The notes beneath the pieces are model-generated. The model searched no databases and was not told the DNA's origin. It was given only the letters and a program-made list of their open reading frames with translations. Below are positions 53,031 through 64,000 of a stretch of 64,000 nucleotides of DNA, one piece after another (positions within the stretch are counted from its first letter, which is position 1; each line of letters begins with the position of its first letter). Made by a program: the position numbers and the translations under genes. Where the stretch lies: positions 18,662,001-18,726,000 of the forward strand of contig JAQFVV010000004.1 of the NCBI GenBank assembly GCA_028023455.1, in the 5' to 3' direction. This DNA comes from Epiperipatus broadwayi (taxonomy: Eukaryota > Animalia > Onychophora).

Positions 53031-55978
53031 TTTCTATTGCAGAAAAGACAATAAACTTAAATCCAGTATACATAAAAATATCTATTAAATATTCTTTAAA
53101 AAATACATACACACAAGTTATGGATTGATTCAGGGCCAAATGCATGCAAAGTTTTTTTTTTTGTATAAATTTTATCATTTCTAAACATTATGTAAGAATG
53201 CTATTAAAATATGGTAATAGAAAAAATGACAAAATTCATATGAAAACACTGGCGATGTAATTAACCTTCACTAACAAAAGCAAGAGAGACAGAAGAACAA
53301 AAATAAGGACAGAATTCATTTAACAGCATGTTTATGCATTTCTGCTGCTAATAAATAATATCAAATATTTAAAATTGTAATTATTTAAAATTAAATTTAA
53401 AAACATACTATTACTATAACTTATTAATAGAAGGTGAAAATATTAACAGAATTGATAAAATTTCAAAATACAAAAAACATGTATAGAAATTTATTTATTT
53501 TTTCTTAAATAAGAAAACTGAAATAATCATATTCTTAAAAGCAAAAAAATAATGAAGAATATTTGGAATAAACTGAAAGAAAAAATATATATTTTAATAT
53601 GAACTGAGCAAAATATAATAAGACTTGGAAGAAAACAAATTTGGTTTGATTTATAGAATCTGTCTTAGTTGATGACTAATAATAACATAAAATAACCAAA
53701 TAAATTATCACATCTATAATAATAAAATATGAAATATACAGCAATGTGTATTAAGATATTAGTAACAAAATTTCCTTCTTATAAAAATCTGACAAAAAAC
53801 ATTTTAATAAATTTTAATTTAACTTTCTTTAACTCATAACACAGCAAATGATAACATTTATTATTATTCCAAGTATTTATGAACAAAAACTGTTTTCATA
53901 AATGTGTGTATGTTTTACATGTCCACTCTCATTCCAAAACTTTTTAAATAATGATACATCATAAAACATTTAAAATATTTATAAAATAAAATGATGACAA
54001 CTGATAAAACATTAGTATCACTTTATAATTAAAATAAAATCAGTCTGAATTTTGCATTTTACCAATACTATGATAATATTAGTTATTTACAAATAATTTA
54101 TATTATTCATAAAGGACAAGTAACATGTTTTTCTAAATTTAAACTATAAAAATAATAATAACTAGAATCTAAATTTTTTGGAAATATTAGCAAGTTATAA
54201 AGTATTAGTTTTCAAAGGGTTCAAAATACTTATAGGCATCTTCCCATATTAAAAAAATTTTGAATTGTATAAAAAATTAAATGTATAAATATATTAAGCT
54301 ATGCTAAAAATGTTCTATATTTTCTTCAAATAAATGACTATAAAATATTTAAGATAATACAATGTTCATTTTTCACAATTACCAGTGAAACATCAATAAA
54401 AAGTGTCTCACAAACCAAACTATCACTTGTATCAACACATACTCTTCATATTAGGAGTAAAATTATTCTTAATGTGTTCATTAATCAGAAATAAAAGTAC
54501 CAATTTAAATTAGTATATAATAAAATATATAGTGATAAATATTTTTTCAGGAAATATCTGATTGAACTATTATTTAAGTTAGCATTATTTCTCACTAACT
54601 CAACATACTTACTAATACACATTATTAAATATTATTCATAAAAAAAAGGTATAAAAAAAAACTTTCAAAAATATTTCATCTATTAGGAGATGTCTGTAGA
54701 AAATAAACCAATTTTAATACAGTGAATTCTTGATCTATAGTTTACACACATCATTTTTCTCTGCATTCATAATCTACTGGCTATGATCAGAAATTACTGT
54801 CATAGAAATATGTTTATATAGAGAGAGTTACATCATTTTCCACATCCATCATAACAAATCATAGTCCTGAAGTAATATTTTTCCATATGGAGTTTTTTTT
54901 AAAAAAAAATATGCAAAAATTATTACTGTGTGTGTAGATATATATATTTAAAAATAATCAATTTTATTTTATAAATTGATTATTTTTAAATTTTAAAATT
55001 TGCCGAAAACAGCTTTTATATGTTATTTTTATTTATGATGATTATATGACTATATTACAGCTATTGTTATATATCATTTTGTTGTTAGTAAAGATATTTT
55101 ATTATATCTATGATTTATTTTTTAAATTTTATATATATAAATGGCAACATTATGAACAAATGTTAAAATTGAAATTTGATCATTTAAAGTATATATATAC
55201 AAATATTATATAATTAAATTTTCATCAATTCTACAATATACATAAACTAATCTTATAATTTTCCTGCAACATTTTTATGTTTTCATTACTAATAAAATTA
55301 ATTTTTCTTCTAAAATTTTAATAACTTGTAGTCACAAATTGCCTATCAGTTCACTATATCCCCAAATCAATAACGCTTTAAATAATATTAAATCCCTCTA
55401 GACTGAATCATCTATAAGCAGATTAACCTGTAAGAGTTCCAATGTTTTATAGTAACTAAATGCTACAAGTGGTATCTCATTATGCTGCTAAAAAGTTTTT
55501 GTTTTATATATATATATTTCAAATTTGATTTTTTATTGTTATTATAAGCATTATTTACAACAGATATTAAAATATTTGTATAAAAAACTTAAAAAAATTT
55601 AACAATAAAATCGCAAAAATGAAGAATTAAAATTACTTTTGTCTAACAGGATTCAGTCTATTGCTTTCCATTATAATAAAATAAATTTTCTTGTTATTAT
55701 TGCAAGCATTTGTTTAATAAGTGTTACAATATTTGTCTTAAAAAGTAGGAAAAAAAATAGCAATCATTTGCAAAAGAATAAAATTTACAGGTTTTAAAAC
55801 TACAAGCAATATGAAATATCACTAAACCTGAAAAGGGGGGCATAAAATTTATACTATGCAAACTAAATTTCAAATTAATTTAATTTTTGCAAAATAGATA
55901 TACTTAACTCTTGTTCAATTAAATTAATCATATAAAATTAAGACATTTGAAAATTTATACTAGTCTATTGCGTAGAAA

Positions 55979-56695
55979 AAAACAGGCAAAACTCACTATA
56001 TATATATTGCTACACATGCCAGAAGGCTTGTGCATATAAACCCCATCTAGTGCCTACTCATCCAATATCCCCTGACTAGTTTCTGGCTTATGGCTTTTGT
56101 CAGTGAAGAGCCTGGATCTGAGAGCACAGCATCTAGATCTTAGGATCCAATGCAACCCTCCAGCAACCACCTTTTATCTCCATTTAACTACAAAACTACG
56201 AGTCTTAAACTGAAAACACCTTAATGTTTTCAATCCAAGCCCATTAGCTTATATAGTCATATGGGTCTGAACCCAGTTCAGTACCGATACATTTTGGTAT
56301 CTTTGGTTCTTTAATAACCATAGCCACCACTATCCTATTAGGCAGGATTGGTTTTAAGCCAATAAACATCACATGACCACCTCCTCTTATGCTTGTGTAT
56401 AACTGTTGTTAAAACAAGCAAAACTCACTATATATATTGCCACACACAGCAAGCTAGAGTAATCAATGGATACCAGAAGGCTTGTGCATAAAATCCCCAT
56501 CTAGTGCCTACTCATCCAATATCCCCAGACTAGTTTCTGGCTTATGGCCTTTGTCAATGAGGAGCCTTGAATCTGAGAGCACTGCATCTAGATCTTAAGA
56601 TCCAATGCAACCCTCCAGCAACCACCTTTTATCTCTATTTAACTACAAAACTATGAGTCTTAAACTGAAAACACCTTAATGTTTTCAATCCAAGC
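55979..56695 (-). mobile_element. Hammerhead-carrying repeat, locus 5: ~1.6 tandem units, no inversion
   Basis: Period 432 (55982->56414; unit 1 has a deletion); same left terminus (aaacaggcaaaactc) as the other loci; only an imperfect TSD candidate (attgcgtaga / attgtaga). Boundaries approximate. Confidence 0.88.
56514..56572 (-). ncRNA. Hammerhead variant with U3-A8 core
   Basis: Minus strand reads UCCUCA UUGACAA AGGC cauaa GCCA GAAA CUAG UC UGGGGA. The neighbouring copy (56060-56117) has CUGACAA, a C3.A8 mismatch that is probably inactivating. Confidence 0.65.
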
Positions 56696-58627
56696 ATTGT
56701 AGACATTTCAGGTTATTGCAAAATAAACATAAAAGTCTTTTAACTTTCAATTAAAAGACCTTTAATTAAAATAAAATGTTTCTTAGGAGAAAAAGCACTG
56801 TATTCATATTTAATTAATCAGTAGAATATTAATTTATTTTTTTTATATAAATATAAGTTATTACAGTGAGAATAAAATTGTATATAAATATTTATACTAT
56901 GAATGATCAAATTTCAATGTTAAGATTTGTCTTTTAATGTTGCCTTTTATGTATAAAATTTAAAATAATTTAAAACAAAATTGAAACAGACAACTCACTA
57001 TAAATTAAAAAAATTATTTAATACATCAACCCAGCTTTCATTCTTTAGTGGAACCTTATGAAGATGGTTTTTTTACAAAATTACATGGCCAGCAATTCTA
57101 CTGCAATTCCATCCAAACAAATATTTAAACATAGGTAAAGATCAAGCACACCTTTGGGGGGGGGGGGCATTGTTAGATTATTGAAAGCTTTACTTATAAT
57201 TTAAAATATTTTTAGATTGTTTTGTAAATATATATTGTAACTCTCACTTCTGAGTTTACAGGTGTTGCTTTAATATTAATATTTTTCGTTATTATATATA
57301 ACAAAATATAAAGTCATGTATAAAGAATAAATTTTAAAATGTTAAAAAAAAACAAGTGTAAAGATAAAATGAATTATTACTTTATTATTTTAAAAATATT
57401 ACGATTTTAAATAAAAAAAAACATTGCTCTAGAAACTAGTTGCAAATGACTGCGGAAAAATAAAAACATTGCTGCGGGAACCAGCAGAAGCTTTCTAAAG
57501 TCACCTGCTTTCCAAGAAATTGTGGGAAGAATTAGAGAGCACACTTTGTCGACTTGTCTTGTACTAGATAAAAGTCAATAAAATTTTGTAAAGATTTTAA
57601 GTTTATATCATGTATTTTATGGAGTAGAGAATCATCCAGAATGCTTTCTTTGATCTTTCCAGGATTGTAGCTGAATATAGAGCTAAAGGCAAAAATATGC
57701 CTTAAAAATTAACCCAGAATCTGCCGATTTATTCATCATTATTGAATATTGAAGAAATATTTGACAAATACTTGCTATAAAAGGAAAACTAGTCATCTAA
57801 AGTGTTTATCTCATAGACTGTTTTTCTATAAAGTAATCTGTGAATCTATCTATTTTAAATGCTCAGAAGAAAAATTGCAATGAAAACTTTCTTAGGAAAA
57901 ATGCCATGGAGTGAACCAAAAGAAACTAAAATATTATATTGCCAGCAAACATTAAAATTTAATGATTAATGGCCTGTTCCCACATTTATAGAAACAAAAT
58001 ATAGATATGAGCTCACAAAGATATTAACGTTGATCAACTGAACTTTCTATAGCTATCTTCAAAAATATTGTATGATAAAGATTTTTTCCCTCTCACACAT
58101 GATCGTTAGATAATTTTCTTAATTGTAAATATATAAATACATTTTTTTATTACCATTAATATCAAATAATTCTATTCTTTAATTAAAGATATTTGTTATT
58201 AATAATTTTATTGTTTGTCCTTTTTCATCCAAACCAAGCTGATTATTTTAATGTAATAAATTAGGTGGAGTAAAAATCAGGAAATATAATTGAATGTGTA
58301 TGGAAATTTGTTTTTATTCATATTCAATTTGATCGTTACTTGTGAATAGTATCCACTTATCAATTAGAAATAGTTTGGATATTGTTACTCCATGCACATG
58401 GTCACCCTTTAGTTATCTTTAAATTCCCCTAGATGAAAATTAATTTGCAGATATTGTTTTGTTTTTTTTCTAATTTTACTGTTAATTGGATTTATTACCA
58501 ATTGTTAAAAGGGCACTTACCTTTACAATATATATATTTTTTAAAAAGAGATTGTAATACGTTTAATCATTTTTGTGTATATATATGTATTTTACTAATT
58601 ATATTTATTGTAATATAAATAATATCC

Positions 58628-59588
58628 ATTAGGTGGAGTTGCAGTAAAATAGCTAATTAGATTATTTAGAAAAAGCTCAAAGGGAAGTAGGAAGACATGC
58701 ATTGGATGCAGAAGTATGGACAGCAAGGGAGGCAATTCAAGGAGAAATGGGATGGTCAAGTTTTCATATGAGAGATGCAAAAAGTAAAATGAAAATGTTT
58801 GGTAGATTGCAGTTTATGGATAATAAAAGAATAACTAAAATAGTATTTAATTGGGTTATGAGTAAAGGGCAGGTAACAAGATGGGTGAGAAAGGTAATGC
58901 GCTATGCAAAAGATTTGGATAAAGAATTTATATCAGTATATTTGTACAAAAGATGGGATGATTGTGTTAAGAGGATTATTGAGTGTTATAGTAGTAAGGA
59001 ATGGGATAAAAGAATAAATTTATTAATAAAGACTAGGAAGTTAGAGAGATGGAGAAATAGTATGGAGAGTAAAAAGAGTTTAAATATATATAGAAATAAA
59101 CAGAATATTAGGTGTGAGTTAATATATGATAATAGTAAGGAAAGTAGTTTATTGTTTAAGGCTCGAACGGGATCTTTAGCTACAAAAGAATATACATGTA
59201 AATGGAAAAATATGGGTGATTTATTTTGTAAATTATGTAAGGAAGGAATTGAAAATATTAGGCATTTGTTAATTGAATGTAAATGTTTGAAAACAGAAAG
59301 GGTACATATAATGAAGTTGTGGAAAAATAAATATGAAAAGAGTGATTATACAGAAAGTGAATTATTGGTTTTATGCTGGGTTTGGGAAAAGATAAGGGGG
59401 ATTTAGATATAAAGGTTATAGAGTTGACAAAAATTATGTTGTGGGAATGGGATAGAGCAGATTATGGGTAAATTTAGAGTGGGGAATGTAAAAGAAAGTG
59501 GCTAACAGGTTTATCTGGGCATAATTGCTGAGATATTCTTGACTTCGTTTAAGGAGAAGCCATAATACATCACATCACATCACATAGT
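58628..59588 (+). mobile_element. 5'-truncated non-LTR retrotransposon (same family), post-RT region and 3' UTR
   Basis: ORF 58702-59406 (234 aa): LEKAQREVGRHAL..EAIQGEMGWSSF..R, CKLC..ENIRHLLIEC; ends in catcacatcacatcacatag. Confidence 0.88.
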
Positions 59589-62180
59589 CATGTGGTTTTG
59601 TAAAAAAACACCTTGATATAGTTCCAGTAAGGAATGAAAGATGGGTTAATGTATTAAATAACTTTTTTTATTTATAGTAAGTTGTCTGATTCAAGTTTCT
59701 TTTAAATTGATTGTTTTAACCTTTATAATGTATATATACACTTTTTCCCAAATAATAAATAAGTGTAAAATAATTTGAACTGTAAAATCTGGGTTGCACT
59801 GTACTTGCATTTTAGTGATTAATCATTAATTGTTAGAACAGAATCCTTTTAAAAATTATGAATAAGAACATTTATTTTTTCAGGTTCTTTGAGAAATAAT
59901 GAATCAACAGTTCAATGCAGTTACTAACAAAATATAATGTATATTTTTAAAAAAAAAAAAATTATGTATATATTATTTATTTTAATGAGTGCAAAAATAA
60001 TTTAATGGATTCATCAAACATATAATACTAAGAATATAAACCTATTTATTGGACTAAGTTCAAATACATTAATAAGATGTCAGATTTTATAGAACGATTT
60101 CAATGTTAGGTATATAAATTTAGAACATTTAAGGCAGAAATGGTAGACATATTTTTATGAATTTTAGCTTTTATTAATGCTAAGCATACTTTCAATACAT
60201 AGAGTATCTTAATCATAGTTCTTTTAAATTTATTATGGATTGTTTCAAATATCTTTTAACTTACAAAACAGATTGGCATTGATGTAGCAAAAGATGGGCT
60301 ATTTACAGGTTTATTTTTAAGTGATTGTATAAGAAACTGGTTTGTAAAATTGCCTTAATAAAGTATTTAGATGTGTTTGTTCCATGTAATAGGTTTATAT
60401 CATACATATGTATGCAGAAAGTTTAATAATTTATAGCATAAAATTTTAACTTTAAATAGCTTTTATATTCATTTTCATACATATTAATAAAATGTGTTAA
60501 ATTTCTCTCAGTTTGTATCCAAACAATGTTGACATTATTGAGCAATTGATAAGTATATTTCACCTAAAATATATATCAATATTGCTGCAAATTTTGTTCC
60601 AATAGTTTGCCATAATTCATTAATATCTGATAGCTTTATCTCATAAGCTTTGTCTTTTAAGTACACTATTTGGTATGAATGTAGCCCCAACATTACCCAC
60701 AACATAAAATCACATACCAATGACTAAAAATAAACTAATTGATAAAAAAAATGTACATATTTATGTGGCATGAAAATAATATAGTAAAGAAATAAAATTC
60801 ATTTTAATAAATATAATTAAAAAAAACAAGAACATAATAATACAGAATGAATACACTTTATTTCACATTTTGCATAATAAACAAAACCATATTTTTACTT
60901 ATTACACTTATTGCCAAGCATTTTATTTCTTGGCTAAGCAAATCATTCACATATATTTACATTTTACTTCTTAGTTTACCTTTGAACATTAGTATATAGC
61001 TCCATATAGTGAATAGACCTCATACTCAACTACCAAACAATTTTATTATTAAACATCATCCTGTGCAGATTTCTATAAATACCACTAGTAAAATTCAAAC
61101 ACTTGTTCAGGGCCCACTAATCTTAGAACGCAGTTCTGTCATTTTACACACTTTCAAATTTCTTATTTAAAAATCTAAAATGTGTAGATATTTTTCCCAG
61201 ACTCACTTTCTATATACAGTATATATATTTACTACCTTTTTTTTTTTTTACAAATTATATTTATTATTAATTGGAGTGAAATTATCATGCATGTACATAA
61301 AATTCAAATATTTTTAAAAAATGCAAAACACATATATATATATATATATGTCTTAAACTATATATACATTAACAGACAACAAATAAACTTTCAGACAAAC
61401 TACTAATATTACATTACCTATAATACTGTTACTACATGTGGTTCTCTACTTTCAAACATTCTACTTATGTAAAATTCACTATTTCGTATACATTTCGTAT
61501 TTTCGATTTTTATCGATGTACATAAAATGTGCATACTTTCATGTAATGATTATCCCTTTCTCATGTCGTCGTTGTCGTCCCCCATCTCTCTGACATTAAT
61601 CATGTTCATTTTCAGCATGACAGGTTATCTTGAGCAGGGACATTTTGAGTTAGCGCATGTGTTAATAAGCTGTGTCTTGTCAGTTTACGTTAGAATGTCT
61701 CCTATAAACTTTATGTACATTTCTGTTTTGGTGAAAAAAATTGCCCTTATTAATTCATAAACATGAGTGAAAAACGAAAAAACAGTAGTATTGATATGGG
61801 GAAAAAAAATCAAGGTCTCAATATCCATATGATCGAGACGAAGATGGCAAATCTTTTTGCTTCAATCAATTGTTCATATAATTTAAGCCAATTGAAAATA
61901 TGTTCTATTGTGAAAAACAAGAACAAAATTAAGGAATATTTCCAAATTCATACACTGTAATTATCACGCTTTTAAACTTTTTTTAATATTATTTGTCTGG
62001 ATCTTATACATATATGATTGTGTCACGTGTCTATATATTATATTTAGCCTCATTTTTTTCTCAAAATAAAATTTTAGGTAAAAAATATTTTCAAAATATG
62101 AAAATTTGTTATATATTAAGAATTATTTGAACTTTTTTTTATAAAAGTAGAAACATAATACTTAGCAGAAATATATATAT

Positions 62181-64000
62181 TGTAACGGGATATATATATA
62201 TGCGTTACATTTAAATTCTAATACGTAATGTTTTTGTAAATATCTAATGCTGAATTAAAAGCACAAACGTCCAAAATGCACAAATAATGAATTACTAATT
62301 TATTAATATGTTTGATTTAAATATTAAAATAAAATAAGCTTTAAAAAAATTATAGAAACGAAACAAAGATTCTATAATTTAAATAAAATATAATAAAAAA
62401 CCTTTTGATTTTAAAAATAACGAGTTTTTTTTTTTTTTTCATGTGTCATAGCATCGGCCGAACGAGAGTTTTAATCTTAAAAATAAAAATTACAAACAGA
62501 TCCTTAGGGCAAAATGACCATTGAAAAGATGATTACGAAATAGATAAGAGTTCCCGCCCAAAGATATAGACACAGACCTCAGTGGAAAAATCCAAGTAGC
62601 CACAAACTCGAAATTTACTTAGCCACAAACCCAAAATCTACTACAAACTCAATGAACCAATGAAATAAAGATATGGAATATGTTTGATGAATCCTGCATT
62701 CCAGAGATAAGGTGCCTGAGGACTATAAAAGGAAAATCAAAAATAATAATTAGAGAGAATTAGAATTTTGAATTCATTTTGTTGTTGCTGAAAAGTTAAA
62801 ATAAATATTGTCGCTGTTACCAAAAATGTAATCTGTATAATCGCACTTCCCTCGGACCGGCCGGCCGAAGGTAGCTTTCCTATTCACGGATCCCAGGATC
62901 GAACCACTGGTGCCGCATGCAGAAATCTTTGTCAAGCTTCATAAATCGTCATCGTCCACAAGAAAAGGGCCCTTGCGTAAATTAGATCTTCGTCGTGAAG
63001 GAATAAGCACAGGACAAAGGAAGGTATAAATTTCTAAATGATAAAATTAAATATAAACTCTTTTAAACTTAAAACTTCGATATTTGTCTTTAAAATGAAC
63101 TATAGACTTTCTCTCTGGAGCAAATCTGAACTTTTATCTTTCTATAAACTTTGCGATTTTAAACTCTTATTTAAAGTCTTAAACGTAATCTCTTAAAAAA
63201 AAGATGTATTGTATTTTATTTTTATTTATTCATGCTAAAAAGATCTGTTTGTAATAGGGCAAGGGTTTGCTATCGCAAACGAATTTAAAGATAGAAAACA
63301 TCGTTATTTGTGCATTATTGAATTTAAAAGAAAAGGAAATTAGTTCAAATAATATTTGTAGTAAAAAAATAAGTTAAAATATAAATGTTATCTTAAAATG
63401 ATTTTTAAAACCTTAAGCTAAAGATTTTTTTTTTTTTAGAATTAAATTAATAAAATGATCTAAATGTTAATTGAGTGTAGATGGCTGATAGACTCGTTTA
63501 AATTAGTTTAAAAGAGGTTTTGATTTCGGACTATTTGTTTCGTAGTTGTGTCAATGCTGATGGAAAGATATATGGACATTTATATCAATGTAATGTGAAG
63601 TGTGTTAGCACCTAGGGCGACGAGTCCGACTGAATGCATGACCCCAAAGAGATAGTCATATCATTGAAATGGACGCAGACGTATTTCCTGTGCCATTGAC
63701 CCATTCCAGCTCTATGGATTGAGAAGATAAGTCGGCAAGATAGGACCGCTCTCCCATCCATACGTAGCGTTTCTCTTTATATTACATGCATGATTCCTTC
63801 GCCAGATAGAAGTACCTTCCTATGCTGTTTGAAGCTCATGTTTTCTCCAATAATATCTTGCTGTTCAGATACACATTCCTGTCGGTGTGATTCTATGCTA
63901 ACATGTTCACATTGCATTGGTTGTTGATATATATCTGAAAGCGAGCATTGGTATGGCTGCGGACTTTTGGCTTGGAATCAAATGTTTGAAAGTCTTTTAA
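62181..64000 (+). mobile_element. Probable LTR retrotransposon 5' end (LTR ~62181-62906, PBS-like 62908-62915)
   Basis: Starts TGTAACG; TATAAAA at 62724; AATAAA at 62800; ...gaacCA c TGGTGCCG resembles an LTR end plus a tRNA-His-type PBS start. No second LTR or gag ORF visible. Confidence 0.45.

Noticed and set aside
888-56695. The ~450-bp repeat as a CRISPR array, simple satellite or MITE
   Set aside because: Eukaryotic intron with no repeat-spacer pattern; dispersed loci have variable-length TSDs; the inverted arms vary in length and are not true TIRs.

Overview
AT-rich animal genomic DNA, arthropod-like (species not determinable). The minus strand carries eight exons (47841->2670, 1871 nt, about 623 aa in frame, all GT-AG) of a type III, DN-cadherin-like classical cadherin, from mid cadherin repeats into the non-chordate (NC/SEA) domain. 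Both gene ends lie outside the window. The long introns contain a decayed hAT (Buster/Charlie-type) transposon, two MITE families, RTE-like and other LINE fragments, an unclassified 4.6-kb TIR-bounded element and a probable LTR at the right edge. The main observation is a ~450-bp non-coding mobile repeat at five loci. It carries a minimal type I hammerhead ribozyme (CUGANGA / helix II / GAAA / palindromic ACUAGU helix III / GUC). Insertions are multimeric and/or internally inverted, share two fixed termini ~40-50 nt apart and, at four loci, have 10-15-bp TSDs. This fits a non-autonomous Penelope-like element or non-LTR retrozyme. Several intact ribozyme cores are sense to the cadherin pre-mRNA. 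A second, unrelated hammerhead (AUGCAU palindrome) lies at 51361-51415. All calls come from reading the sequence by eye; no searches or folding programs were run.
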